A stretch of DNA of 64,000 bases from assembly GCF_055900595.2 (NCBI RefSeq), contig NZ_CM148325.1; one strand, 5' to 3'. The notes beneath the pieces are model-generated. The model saw only the letters and a list, made by a program, of their open reading frames with translations. It had not been told where the DNA came from and did no database searches. Of the stretch, positions 1 to 27,872 are shown one piece after another. Position 1 is the stretch's first letter. The number at the start of each line of letters is the position of its first letter. The position numbers and the translations under genes were made by a program.

Positions 1-120
1 TTTACCACAGCCGTTTTTACCCACCAGGCCAACTTTCTGCCCGGGGTTGATGGTGGCGGTGGCATTATCCAGCAGGACGCGCACGCCGCGACGAATTTGT
101 AACGAGGAGAAAACAATCAT
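1..120 (-). CDS. yheS: ABC-F ATPase YheS, N-terminal 40 codons only (gene continues past window start)
   Basis: Reverse complement of 1..120 translates MIVFSSLQIRRGVRVLLDNATATINPGQKVGLVGKNGCGK with Walker A motif; matches remembered YheS N-terminus; divergent from kefG as expected. Confidence 0.85.
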   Translation of the reverse strand, partial: MIVFSSLQIRRGVRVLLDNATATINPGQKVGLVGKNGCGK

Positions 121-247
121 AAGGCGCCGTATGTTCAGACTATGTTAACTTATCATTATGATAATGTAATGTATGGGCGAGCTGCCGCACCGGGCGCAAT
201 GGTAGCCCAAAACAGCGACTATACACAAAAACCATACCGGGAGGGGG

Positions 248-801
248 ATGATGTCTCAGCCAGCGAAAGTTTTGCTGCTGTATGCCCATCCGGAATCTCA
301 GGACTCGGTGGCAAACCGGGTACTGCTTAAACCGGCCACGCAGCTCAGCAATGTTACCGTGCACGACCTTTATGCACACTATCCCGATTTTTTTATTGAT
401 ATCCCCCGTGAGCAGGCATTACTGCGCGAGCACGAGGTGATTGTCTTTCAGCACCCTCTTTATACCTATAGCTGCCCGGCGCTACTGAAAGAGTGGCTGG
501 ACCGGGTATTAAGCCGTGGTTTTGCCAGCGGGCCGGGAGGAAACCAACTGGCGGGAAAGTACTGGCGTAGCGTGATTACCACCGGCGAGCCGGAAAGTGC
601 TTACCGTTATGACGCATTGAATCGCTACCCGATGAGCGATGTTCTGCGCCCCTTTGAGCTGGCGGCGGGCATGTGCCGGATGCATTGGTTAAGTCCTATC
701 ATTATTTACTGGGCGAGACGGCAAAGCGCACAGGAGCTGGCGAGTCACGCCAGAGCCTACGGTGACTGGCTGGCAATCCGCTGTCTCCAGGAGGCTGCTG
801 A
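248..801 (+). CDS. kefG: KefG, quinone oxidoreductase-like ancillary subunit of the KefB K+ efflux system; apparent 1-bp frameshift near the 3' end (see findings)
   Basis: ORF 248..952 matches KefG for 176 residues then runs out of frame into kefB; expected TGA overlapping the kefB ATG at 799..801 is in the +1 frame. Confidence 0.85.
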
Positions 802-2606
802 TGGAAGGTTCCGATTTTTTACTCGCAGGAGTGCTGTTTCTCTTCGCGGCGGTGGCTGCGGTGCCGTTGGCATCGCGGCTGGGTATTGGCGCGGTGTTGG
901 GATATTTGCTGGCAGGGATTGCAATTGGCCCGTGGGGGCTAGGGTTTATTAGCGACGTCGATGAGATCCTCCACTTTTCGGAACTCGGCGTGGTATTCCT
1001 GATGTTTATCATCGGCCTTGAGTTGAATCCCTCCAAGCTTTGGCAACTGCGCCGTTCGATTTTTGGCGTAGGCGCGGCACAGGTGCTGTTAAGCGCGGCG
1101 TTGCTGGCGGGATTATTGATGCTGACGGATTTCGCCTGGCAGGCGGCGGTGGTCGGTGGCATTGGCCTTGCGATGTCTTCAACTGCAATGGCGTTGCAAT
1201 TGATGCGTGAGAAAGGGATGAATCGCAGCGAATCCGGCCAGTTAGGTTTCTCGGTACTGCTGTTTCAGGATCTGGCGGTGATCCCGGCACTGGCGTTAGT
1301 ACCGCTGCTGGCGGGATCGGCAGATGAACATTTTGACTGGATGAAGATCGGCATGAAGGTGCTGGCGTTTGTCGGCATGCTGATTGGGGGGCGCTATTTA
1401 CTGCGTCCGGTATTCCGTTTTATTGCTGCTTCTGGCGTGCGGGAAGTGTTCACTGCCGCGACGCTGTTGCTGGTGTTGGGTTCCGCATTGTTTATGGATG
1501 CGCTGGGGTTGTCGATGGCGCTCGGTACGTTTATTGCGGGCGTGCTGCTGGCGGAAAGTGAATATCGCCATGAACTGGAAACGGCTATCGATCCCTTCAA
1601 AGGCTTGCTGCTCGGACTGTTTTTTATCTCTGTCGGCATGTCGCTCAACCTCGGGGTGCTTTATACCCATCTGTTGTGGGTAGTGATAAGCGTGGTTGTG
1701 CTGGTGGCGGTGAAAATTCTCGTGCTGTATTTGCTGGCGCGGCTGTATGGCGTGCGTAGCTCAGAGCGGATGCAGTTTGCTGGCGTGTTGAGTCAGGGCG
1801 GTGAGTTTGCCTTTGTCCTCTTTTCTACCGCTTCTTCACAACGCTTATTCCAGGGCGACCAGATGGCGCTATTGCTGGTGACGGTGACGCTTTCCATGAT
1901 GACCACGCCGCTGCTGATGAAGCTGGTGGATAAATGGCTATCCCGCCAGTTTAACGGACCGGAAGAAGAAGACGAAAAACCGTGGGTCAACGATGATAAA
2001 CCCCAGGTCATAGTCGTGGGCTTCGGACGTTTTGGGCAGGTGATTGGTCGTTTGTTGATGGCCAATAAAATGCGCATTACCGTGCTGGAGCGGGATATCA
2101 GTGCTGTTAACCTGATGCGCAAATATGGCTACAAAGTTTATTACGGCGACGCCACGCAGGTAGATCTTTTACGTTCTGCGGGTGCAGAGGCCGCAGAGTC
2201 AATCGTCATTACCTGTAACGAACCGGAAGACACCATGAAGCTGGTGGAAATATGCCAGCAGCACTTCCCGCATTTGCATATTCTTGCGCGAGCGCGCGGA
2301 CGTGTGGAAGCGCATGAGTTATTACAGGCCGGGGTGACGCAGTTTTCCCGTGAAACATTCTCCAGTGCGTTAGAGCTGGGGCGCAAGACGTTGGTTACGC
2401 TTGGGATGCATCCGCATCAGGCACAGCGGGCGCAACTGCATTTTCGCCGCCTGGATATGCGGATGTTGCGGGAGCTCATACCGATGCATGCCGATACCGT
2501 ACAAATTTCTCGCGCCAGGGAAGCCCGACGCGAACTGGAAGAGATCTTCCAGCGTGAAATGCAACAAGAACGACGCCAGCTGGATGGCTGGGATGAATTT
2601 GAGTAG
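801..2606 (+). CDS. kefB: Glutathione-regulated potassium-efflux system protein KefB (601 aa)
   Basis: ORF 762..2606; start taken at internal ATG 801 ([13 protein letters not shown]...), giving canonical 601 aa; multi-TM CPA2 domain plus C-terminal KTN/Rossmann domain (VVGFGRFG). Confidence 0.95.
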
Positions 2607-2615
2607 AGGATAACG

Positions 2616-2816
2616 ATGGCAATCCGAAAACGTTTTATTGCGGGCGCAAAATGCCCGGCCTGTCAGGCGCAGGATTCAATGGCGATGTGGCGCGAAAATA
2701 ATATTGATATTGTTGAATGTGTTAAGTGCGGACATCAAATGCGAGAAGCAGACAAAGAAGCCCGCGATCACGTTCGCAAAGATGAGCAAGTGATCGGGAT
2801 TTTTCATCCGGACTAG
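2616..2816 (+). CDS. yheV: Small zinc-ribbon protein YheV (66 aa)
   Basis: 66-aa ORF with two CxxC pairs, immediately downstream of kefB as in E. coli. Confidence 0.85.
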   Translation: MAIRKRFIAGAKCPACQAQDSMAMWRENNIDIVECVKCGHQMREADKEARDHVRKDEQVIGIFHPD

Positions 2817-2910
2817 CGATATGCGCCGAGATTTTTTAAGCTAGTGAGTACACGGCTGCAGAATTCCGCTACAATCTGCGCCACTATTCTTCCCATGCTC
2901 AGGAGATATC

Positions 2911-3501
2911 ATGAAAGTAGCAAAAGACCTGGTGGTCAGCCTGGCCTATCAGGTACGTACAGAAGACGGTGTGTTGGTTGATGAGTCTCCGGTGAGTGCG
3001 CCGCTGGACTACCTGCATGGTCACGGTTCCCTGATCTCTGGCCTGGAAACGGCGCTGGAAGGTCACGAAGTTGGCGACAAATTTGATGTCGCTGTTGGCG
3101 CGAACGACGCTTATGGTCAATACGACGAAAACCTGGTGCAGCGCGTTCCTAAAGATGTATTTATGGGCGTTGATGAACTGCAGGTTGGTATGCGTTTCCT
3201 GGCTGAAACCGACCAGGGTCCGGTACCGGTTGAAATCACTGCGGTTGAAGACGATCACGTCGTGGTTGATGGTAACCACATGCTGGCCGGTCAGAACCTG
3301 AAATTCAACGTTGAAGTTGTGGCGATTCGCGAAGCGACTGAAGAAGAGCTGGCTCATGGCCACGTTCACGGTGCGCACGATCATCACCACGATCACGACC
3401 ACGACGGTTGCTGCGGTGGTCATGGCCACGATCACGGTCATGAGCACGGTGGCGAAGGCTGCTGTGGCGGTAAAGGTAACGGCGGTTGCGGTTGCCACTA
3501 A
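2911..3501 (+). CDS. slyD: FKBP-type peptidyl-prolyl isomerase / metallochaperone SlyD (196 aa)
   Basis: N-terminal MKVAKDLVVSLAYQVRTEDG and histidine/cysteine-rich C-terminal tail typical of SlyD. Confidence 0.97.
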   Translation: MKVAKDLVVSLAYQVRTEDGVLVDESPVSAPLDYLHGHGSLISGLETALEGHEVGDKFDVAVGANDAYGQYDENLVQRVPKDVFMGVDELQVGMRFLAETDQGPVPVEITAVEDDHVVVDGNHMLAGQNLKFNVEVVAIREATEEELAHGHVHGAHDHHHDHDHDGCCGGHGHDHGHEHGGEGCCGGKGNGGCGCH

Positions 3502-3520
3502 TACCGAAAAAGTGACAAAA

Positions 3521-3546
3521 AAGCGGGGAATCCCCGCTTTTTTTAC
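3521..3546. terminator. Bidirectional rho-independent terminator between slyD (+) and slyX (-)
   Basis: GC hairpin gcgggg-aatc-cccgc flanked by an A run on one side and a T run on the other. Confidence 0.6.
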
Positions 3547-3549
3547 GCC

Positions 3550-3768
3550 TCAATAATGTGGCGGTGGCGTTTCTTCAGCCTGCGACGCGATGTTCGACGG
3601 CTGGCTGGCTTTTAGCTTCTCGGTCAGCAGACGCAGATGATCGCGCAGTTTCGCCATCTCCATTTCATGAGCGGTCACCGTGACGTTCAGTTCTTCAATG
3701 GTGATTTCCTGAAAAGCCAGTCGGCTCTCCAGCTCTGCCAGGCGTGCTTCCAATGATAAATCCTGCAT
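3550..3768 (-). CDS. slyX: Protein SlyX (72 aa)
   Basis: 72-aa coiled-coil [24 protein letters not shown]..., convergent with slyD. Confidence 0.9.
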
Positions 3769-3988
3769 GATTCACCTCTTTTGTCGAATGGTCGCCGCGG
3801 ATTTTACTTAACTTTGCTGCCCGAGACAGCACTCATTTCGCGGTCATCGAAACTAATTTAAACAAAAAGAGTCTGAAAATAGATGATAATAGGGCGTGTC
3901 TGTATGTAGATTTGTTCGACAACGCTTTATAGTACCCTTCTGATAATAGTTAACCCTGGGGTGAGATGCCCCGATCCTGGAGATATGG

Positions 3989-4801
3989 ATGAAATCACTG
4001 TTTAAAGTAACGCTGCTGGCGACCACAATGGCCGTTGCCCTGCATGCACCGATCACTTTTGCTGCTGAAGCTGCAAAACCTGCTACAACTGCTGACAGCA
4101 AAGCAGCGTTCAAAAATGACGATCAGAAATCAGCTTATGCACTGGGTGCTTCGCTGGGTCGTTACATGGAAAACTCTCTTAAAGAACAAGAAAAACTGGG
4201 CATCAAACTGGATAAAGATCAGCTGATCGCGGGTGTTCAGGATGCATTTGCTGATAAGAGCAAACTCTCCGACCAAGAGATCGAACAGACACTGCAAGCA
4301 TTCGAAGCTCGCGTGAAGTCTTCTGCTCAGGCGAAGATGGAAAAAGACGCGGCAGATAACGAAGCGAAAGGTAAAGAGTACCGCGAGAAATTTGCCAAAG
4401 AGAAAGGTGTGAAAACCTCTTCAACTGGTCTGGTTTATCAGGTAGTAGAAGCCGGTAAAGGCGAAGCACCGAAAGACAGCGATACTGTTGTCGTGAACTA
4501 CAAGGGTACGCTGATCGACGGTAAAGAGTTCGACAACTCTTACACCCGTGGTGAACCGCTCTCTTTCCGTCTGGACGGTGTTATTCCGGGTTGGACAGAA
4601 GGTCTGAAGAACATCAAGAAAGGCGGTAAGATCAAACTGGTTATTCCACCAGAACTGGCTTACGGCAAAGCGGGTGTTCCGGGGATCCCACCGAATTCTA
4701 CCCTGGTGTTTGACGTAGAGCTGCTGGATGTGAAACCAGCGCCGAAGGCTGATGCAAAGCCGGAAGCTGATGCGAAAGCCGCAGATTCTGCTAAAAAATA
4801 A
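3989..4801 (+). CDS. fkpA: Periplasmic FKBP-type peptidyl-prolyl isomerase FkpA (270 aa)
   Basis: Signal peptide MKSLFKVTLLATTMAVALHAPITFA, FKBP domain, lysine/alanine-rich C-terminus. Confidence 0.96.
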   Translation: MKSLFKVTLLATTMAVALHAPITFAAEAAKPATTADSKAAFKNDDQKSAYALGASLGRYMENSLKEQEKLGIKLDKDQLIAGVQDAFADKSKLSDQEIEQTLQAFEARVKSSAQAKMEKDAADNEAKGKEYREKFAKEKGVKTSSTGLVYQVVEAGKGEAPKDSDTVVVNYKGTLIDGKEFDNSYTRGEPLSFRLDGVIPGWTEGLKNIKKGGKIKLVIPPELAYGKAGVPGIPPNSTLVFDVELLDVKPAPKADAKPEADAKAADSAKK

Positions 4802-4810
4802 GCATTAAGA

Positions 4811-4845
4811 ACCGCCGCCTGACCAGGCGGCGGTTTTTTTTATTA
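4811..4845 (+). terminator. Rho-independent terminator after fkpA
   Basis: Hairpin ccgccgcctg-acc-aggcggcgg followed by T8. Confidence 0.7.
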
Positions 4846-4968
4846 CAGGCCGGATATAATTAGTGCTGGAAAGCGGAACCTCCGCTGTATTAATTTAGTT
4901 ACCCGCATCATTAATGAGCCTGCCCTGAAAAGTTAACGACAGGCTCCTGAAAAGGAGTGTTTTTTTTC

Positions 4969-6076
<1,108 letters not shown>

Positions 6077-6077
<1 letters not shown>

Positions 6078-6436
6078 TGAAACGAATTGCGTTTGTTTTT
6101 TCTACTGCGCCTCATGGTACCGCTGCAGGCCGGGAAGGTTTAGATGCTTTACTGGCAACTTCCGCATTAACTGACGATCTGGCTGTCTTCTTTATTGCTG
6201 ATGGCGTTTTTCAGCTGTTGCCAGGACAAAAGCCCGATGCAGTGCTGGCGCGTGATTACATTGCCACTTTTAAATTGTTGGGTCTGTACGACATTGAACA
6301 GTGCTGGGTTTGTGCGGCTTCACTGCGCGAACGCGGGTTAGATCCGCAGACCCCCTTTGTTGTCGAAGCCACGCCGCTCGAAGCAGATGCCTTACGCCGC
6401 GAACTCGCCAACTACGATGTTATTTTGAGGTTTTGA
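6077..6436 (+). CDS. tusC: Sulfurtransferase complex subunit TusC (119 aa)
   Basis: 119-aa DsrF-like ORF directly coupled to tusD. Confidence 0.95.
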
Positions 6437-6443
6437 GGCGTTT

Positions 6444-6731
6444 ATGCTGCACACATTACATCGTTCACCCTGGCTGACGGATTTTGCTGCGCTGTTGCGT
6501 CTACTCAGTGAAGGCGACGAACTGCTATTATTGCAAGATGGTGTAACTGCCGCAGTTGACGGTAACCGCTACCTTGAAAGTCTGCGTAATGCCCCCATTA
6601 AGGTCTATGCCCTGAACGAAGACCTTATTGCCCGCGGTTTGACTGGTCAAATTTCTAACGACATCATTCCCATTGACTATACTGATTTCGTCAGACTTAC
6701 GGTTAAGCACTCCAGCCAGATGGCCTGGTGA
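6444..6731 (+). CDS. tusB: Sulfurtransferase complex subunit TusB (95 aa)
   Basis: 95-aa DsrH-like ORF; completes the tusDCB set upstream of rpsL. Confidence 0.95.
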   Translation: MLHTLHRSPWLTDFAALLRLLSEGDELLLLQDGVTAAVDGNRYLESLRNAPIKVYALNEDLIARGLTGQISNDIIPIDYTDFVRLTVKHSSQMAW

Positions 6732-6753
6732 TGGCGGGATCGTTGTATATTTC

Positions 6754-7231
<478 letters not shown>

Positions 7232-7312
7232 TGGTTCTCCGTTAAGTAAGGCCAAACGTTTTAACTTAAATGTCAAACTAAACTCGTAGAGTTTTGGACA
7301 ATCCTGAATTAA

Positions 7313-7798
<486 letters not shown>

Positions 7799-7882
7799 TC
7801 CCTTCGGAGTTTTAGTCACCAGGCGGGCGCTTCCAGTAAGCAGCCCGCTTTGGGCTACTTAAATTGAACGCCTAAAAGATAA

Positions 7883-10009
<2,127 letters not shown>

Positions 10010-10022
10010 GCCTAAGGGTTAA

Positions 10023-11264
<1,242 letters not shown>

Positions 11265-11291
11265 TTACACGTTAATTAGTTTCGAATTAAA

Positions 11292-11316
11292 AAGGGCGCT
11301 TCGGCGCCCTTTTTGC
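11292..11316 (+). terminator. Rho-independent terminator after tufA
   Basis: Hairpin gggcgc-ttcg-gcgccc followed by T run. Confidence 0.75.
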
Positions 11317-11391
11317 TGCCCGTAATTTGAGCTCGAAATATTTAGTCGTAATTTCACTCGCTGAACTATGGCGCAAATTAAACTGTGCTAT

Positions 11392-11413
11392 TGTAATCAT
11401 AACCATTCTCATT
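11392..11413 (+). promoter_or_regulatory. Candidate Fur box upstream of bfd
   Basis: AT-rich element gtaatcataaccattctcatt resembling the Fur consensus GATAATGATAATCATTATC, about 35 bp upstream of bfd. Confidence 0.4.
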
Positions 11414-11446
11414 TACACTTTGCGCAGAATTTGAACGGGAGCAATC

Positions 11447-11641
11447 ATGTACGTTTGTTTGTGTAATGGTGTAAGTGACAAAAAAATTCGCCAGGCAGTC
11501 CGTCAGTTTCATCCGCAATCTTTCCAACAATTGCGTAAGTTTATTCCTGTGGGAAATCAATGCGGTAAGTGCATTCGCGCCGCGCGCGAAGTGATGCAGG
11601 ACGAGTTGATGCAGATGCCAGAATTTAAAGAGATTGCCTGA
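11447..11641 (+). CDS. bfd: Bacterioferritin-associated ferredoxin Bfd (64 aa)
   Basis: MYVCLCNGVSDKKIRQAV...GNQCGKCIRAAREV; [2Fe-2S] cysteine pattern. Confidence 0.95.
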   Translation: MYVCLCNGVSDKKIRQAVRQFHPQSFQQLRKFIPVGNQCGKCIRAAREVMQDELMQMPEFKEIA

Positions 11642-11713
11642 AGCCCACGCTTATTTTTTGACATCCCGCTAGCCCCATCTACGCTCTAATAGTGGAAGCG
11701 GAGGGACTATAAA

Positions 11714-12190
11714 ATGAAAGGTGATGTTAAAATCATAAATTATCTCAATAAACTATTGGGAAATGAGCTTGTCGCAATCAATCAGTATTTTCTCCATGCC
11801 CGGATGTTTAAAAACTGGGGCCTGATGCGTCTCAATGACGTCGAATACCATGAATCTATTGATGAGATGAAACACGCTGATAAATATATCGAGCGTATTT
11901 TGTTTTTAGAAGGAATCCCTAACTTACAGGATTTAGGCAAACTGGGGATTGGTGAAGATGTCGAGGAGATGCTGCAATCCGACCTGCGATTAGAACTGGA
12001 AGGCGCGAAGGATCTCCGTGAGGCTATCGCGTATGCCGACAGCGTTCATGACTATGTTAGCCGTGATATGATGATCGAGATCCTTGCCGATGAAGAAGGT
12101 CATATTGACTGGCTCGAAACTGAGCTGGATCTCATCGGTAAAATCGGTTTACAAAATTACCTGCAATCACAAATAAAAGTTAAAGATTAA
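11714..12190 (+). CDS. bfr: Bacterioferritin (158 aa)
   Basis: [37 protein letters not shown]...; ferritin-like di-iron ligands. Confidence 0.97.
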   Translation: MKGDVKIINYLNKLLGNELVAINQYFLHARMFKNWGLMRLNDVEYHESIDEMKHADKYIERILFLEGIPNLQDLGKLGIGEDVEEMLQSDLRLELEGAKDLREAIAYADSVHDYVSRDMMIEILADEEGHIDWLETELDLIGKIGLQNYLQSQIKVKD

Positions 12191-12654
12191 CGGCCTGCCA
12201 GCAAACTATCCCAGCCTACAACGAAACCCGCAGCCGCCAGAAATGGCCCAAACGGCAGCGGGTTTTTTAATGACTCTTTTCCTCTCATGAGCAGACCAAT
12301 AACTACGGCTCCGCAAGCGAATGAGGCAGCAAGGAAAACCAGTCGTGGCAAGAAGGTCCATGTATGCCAGGCACCAAGGGCGGCGAGAAACTTCACATCA
12401 CCATAGCCTAATCCTTCTTTATGACGCAGTATGCGATACCCCCAGTAAATGACAGCGAATGTGCCGTAACCAATAATCGCCCCCCATAACGCATCGGCTA
12501 AACCGTCAGGATTACAAACCTGATAGAACAAAAGACCTGACCAGAGTAACGGGCACGTAAATCTGTCAGGTAACAAGCCATGCTTTGCATCCCAGAAAAA
12601 AAGTAGGGCTGATAAACAAGCGTACAAAATCAGAAAGGGAAGGGTAGCGTCCAT
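12187..12654 (-). CDS. Short (155 aa) prepilin peptidase-family (A24) membrane protein; GspO/HopD-like peptidase domain without the N-terminal cytoplasmic domain
   Basis: Contains [14 protein letters not shown] and [11 protein letters not shown] motifs typical of PilD/GspO peptidases; convergent with bfr, stop codons overlapping. Confidence 0.7.
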   Translation of the reverse strand: MDATLPFLILYACLSALLFFWDAKHGLLPDRFTCPLLWSGLLFYQVCNPDGLADALWGAIIGYGTFAVIYWGYRILRHKEGLGYGDVKFLAALGAWHTWTFLPRLVFLAASFACGAVVIGLLMRGKESLKNPLPFGPFLAAAGFVVGWDSLLAGR

Positions 12655-12827
12655 AAAACATCCTCTGTAATTGGAGTATCACCATCGAATAACTGCGGAT
12701 GCTCAGCAACAGAGAAATCGCTGATTTGTTAACCTGATTCCGGTGAAAAACGCTATCTTCACAACCTTACAAATTTCGTGGAATGCAGCTCGCAATCTGC
12801 GCGTTGCGATTAATTTCTACCCGATGC

Positions 12828-12855
12828 TTGCGTCAGGCTCAGATTTGCGTATAAT
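12828..12855 (+). promoter_or_regulatory. S10 operon promoter (candidate -35 TTGCGT at 12828..12833, -10 TATAAT at 12850..12855)
   Basis: Consensus -10 with 16-bp spacing to a -35-like hexamer, about 180 bp upstream of rpsJ. Confidence 0.6.
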
Positions 12856-12861
12856 GCGCGG

Positions 12862-13344
<483 letters not shown>

Positions 13345-13364
13345 TCAGGTCATTGAGCGATTGA

Positions 13365-15760
<2,396 letters not shown>

Positions 15761-15773
15761 TTTTAGAGGATAA

Positions 15774-16055
<282 letters not shown>

Positions 16056-16060
16056 GGTAG

Positions 16061-17989
<1,929 letters not shown>

Positions 17990-18016
17990 TACAGTACACT
18001 CTCTCGATACGAATAA

Positions 18017-18039
18017 ACGGCTCAGAAATGAGCCGTTTA

Positions 18040-18046
<7 letters not shown>
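18017..18046 (+). terminator. S10 operon rho-independent terminator
   Basis: Hairpin acggctca-gaaa-tgagccgt followed by a T-rich run, directly after rpsQ. Confidence 0.8.
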
Positions 18047-19404
<1,358 letters not shown>

Positions 19405-19415
19405 GGTAGGGTTAC

Positions 19416-19724
<309 letters not shown>

Positions 19725-19751
19725 TTGTCACCAATTGAATCACGGGAGTAA

Positions 19752-21059
<1,308 letters not shown>

Positions 21060-21064
21060 GGTAG

Positions 21065-22198
<1,134 letters not shown>

Positions 22199-22205
22199 GT
22201 AGCAG

Positions 22206-23685
<1,480 letters not shown>

Positions 23686-23689
23686 TTTT

Positions 23690-24188
<499 letters not shown>

Positions 24189-24201
24189 TCGGGGTGATTG
24201 A

Positions 24202-25248
<1,047 letters not shown>

Positions 25249-25273
25249 AGCTTAGTACCAAAGAGAGGACACA

Positions 25274-26263
25274 ATGCAGGGTTCTGTGACAGAGTTTCTA
25301 AAACCGCGCCTGGTTGATATCGAGCAAATGAGTTCGACGCACGCCAAGGTGACCCTTGAGCCTTTAGAGCGTGGCTTTGGCCATACTCTGGGTAACGCAC
25401 TGCGCCGTATTCTGCTCTCATCGATGCCGGGTTGCGCGGTGACCGAGGTTGAGATTGATGGTGTACTACATGAGTACAGCACCAAAGAAGGCGTTCAGGA
25501 AGATATCCTGGAAATCCTGCTCAACCTGAAAGGGCTGGCGGTGAGAGTTCAGGGCAAAGATGAAGTTATTCTTACCTTGAATAAATCTGGCATTGGCCCT
25601 GTGACTGCAGCCGATATCACCCACGACGGTGATGTCGAAATCGTCAAGCCGCAGCACGTGATCTGCCACCTGACCGATGAGAACGCGTCTATTAGCATGC
25701 GTATCAAAGTTCAGCGCGGTCGTGGTTATGTGCCGGCTTCTACCCGAATTCATTCGGAAGAAGATGAGCGCCCAATCGGCCGTCTGCTGGTCGACGCATG
25801 CTACAGCCCTGTGGAGCGTATTGCCTACAATGTTGAAGCAGCGCGTGTAGAACAGCGTACCGACCTGGACAAGCTGGTCATCGAAATGGAAACCAACGGC
25901 ACAATCGATCCTGAAGAGGCGATTCGTCGTGCGGCAACCATTCTGGCTGAACAACTGGAAGCTTTCGTTGACTTACGTGATGTACGTCAGCCTGAAGTGA
26001 AAGAAGAGAAACCAGAGTTCGATCCGATCCTGCTGCGCCCTGTTGACGATCTGGAATTGACTGTCCGCTCTGCTAACTGCCTTAAAGCAGAAGCTATCCA
26101 CTATATCGGTGATCTGGTACAGCGTACCGAGGTTGAGCTCCTTAAAACGCCTAACCTTGGTAAAAAATCTCTTACTGAGATTAAAGACGTGCTGGCTTCC
26201 CGTGGACTGTCTCTGGGCATGCGCCTGGAAAACTGGCCACCGGCAAGCATCGCTGACGAGTAA
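25274..26263 (+). CDS. rpoA: DNA-directed RNA polymerase subunit alpha (329 aa)
   Basis: [69 protein letters not shown]... Confidence 0.98.
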
Positions 26264-26279
26264 CCGGATCACAGGTTAA

Positions 26280-26687
<408 letters not shown>

Positions 26688-26700
26688 TCTGAAGCAACGT

Positions 26701-26730
26701 AAAAAAACCCGCCCCGGCGGGTTTTTTTAT
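26701..26730 (+). terminator. alpha operon rho-independent terminator
   Basis: A run, hairpin acccgcc-cc-ggcgggt, then T7. Confidence 0.8.
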
Positions 26731-26793
26731 ACCCGTAGTATCCCCACTTATCTACAATAGCTGTACTCTTTTTGTTCATCCCCTGGAGTATTT

Positions 26794-27162
26794 ATGTGGT
26801 TACTTGACCAGTGGGCAGAGCGCCATATAGCAGAAGCGCAAGCGAAAGGTGAGTTTGATAACCTAGCTGGTAGCGGCGAACCATTAATCCTGGATGATGA
26901 TTCCCACGTGCCACCAGAATTACGTGCGGGGTATCGCTTGTTGAAGAATGCTGGTTGCTTACCGCCAGAACTTGAGCAACGGAGGGAAGCAATTCATCTT
27001 ATGGATATCCTCGAAGGTATCCGTCACGATGATCCGCAATATCAAGAGATTAGTCGTCGATTGTCATTACTGGAGTTAAAGCTGCGACAAGCAGGATTGA
27101 GTACCGATTTTTTACGCGGCGATTATGCTGACAAGTTGTTGAATAAAATCAACGATAACTAG
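26794..27162 (+). CDS. yhdN: DUF1992-family protein YhdN (122 aa)
   Basis: MWLLDQWAERHIAEAQAKGEFDNLAGSGEPLILDDD...; position between rplQ and zntR as in E. coli. Confidence 0.9.
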   Translation: MWLLDQWAERHIAEAQAKGEFDNLAGSGEPLILDDDSHVPPELRAGYRLLKNAGCLPPELEQRREAIHLMDILEGIRHDDPQYQEISRRLSLLELKLRQAGLSTDFLRGDYADKLLNKINDN

Positions 27163-27172
27163 TGGAGTATGT

Positions 27173-27598
27173 ATGTATCGCATTGGTGAGCTGGCAAAAA
27201 TGGCGGAAGTAACACCCGACACGATTCGTTATTACGAAAAGCAGCAGATGATGGAGCATGAAGTACGTACCGAAGGTGGGTTTCGCCTGTATACCGAAAG
27301 CGATCTCCAGCGATTGAAATTTATCCGCCATGCCAGACAACTTGGTTTCAGTCTGGAGTCGATCCGCGAGTTGCTGTCGATCCGTATCGATCCTGAGCAC
27401 CATACCTGTCAGGAGTCAAAAGGCATTGTGCAGGAAAGATTACAGGAAGTGGAAGCACGGATAGCCGAGTTGCAGAGTATGCAGCGTTCCCTCCAACGCC
27501 TTAACGATGCCTGTTGTGGGACCGCCCATAGCAGTGTTTATTGCTCGATTCTTGAAGCCCTTGAACAAGGGGCGAGTGGCATTAAGAGTGGTTGTTGA
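27173..27598 (+). CDS. zntR: MerR-family Zn(II)-responsive transcriptional regulator ZntR (141 aa)
   Basis: MYRIGELAKMAEVTPDTIRYYEKQQMMEHEVRTEGGFRLYTESDLQRLKFIRHARQLGFSLESIRELL...; MerR HTH and C-terminal cysteine cluster. Confidence 0.95.
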   Translation: MYRIGELAKMAEVTPDTIRYYEKQQMMEHEVRTEGGFRLYTESDLQRLKFIRHARQLGFSLESIRELLSIRIDPEHHTCQESKGIVQERLQEVEARIAELQSMQRSLQRLNDACCGTAHSSVYCSILEALEQGASGIKSGC

Positions 27599-27653
27599 TT
27601 TTTTGCACTGGCGGGATTACACTCGCGCCGTTAAATAACCAACTGGAGTTTTT

Positions 27654-27872
27654 ATGAGCCGATATCAGCATACTAAAGGACAGATAAAAGATAATGCGAT
27701 AGAAGCATTGCTACATGATCCTTTATTCCGACAGCGTGTAGAGAAAAATAAGAAGGGGAAAGGTAGTTACATGCGGAAAGGAAAACATGGCAATCGGGGA
27801 AACTGGGAGGCCAGTGGCAAGAAAGTAAATCACTTTTTTACCACTGGCCTTCTGCTTTCAGGGGCTTTTTAA
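27654..27872 (+). CDS. arfA: Alternative ribosome-rescue factor ArfA (72-aa ORF)
   Basis: [50 protein letters not shown]...; 3' end overlaps the convergent mscL 3' end. Confidence 0.88.

Noticed and set aside
140-379. 79-aa minus-strand ORF overlapping the kefG start
   Set aside because: Overlaps the yheS/kefG divergent promoter and the kefG 5' end; no RBS or homology; the true minus-strand gene here is yheS ending at 120.
762-800. Upstream in-frame ATG giving a 614-aa KefB
   Set aside because: The canonical 601-aa KefB starts at the ATG at 801, which forms the ATGA overlap expected with kefG; the upstream extension lies inside the kefG coding region.
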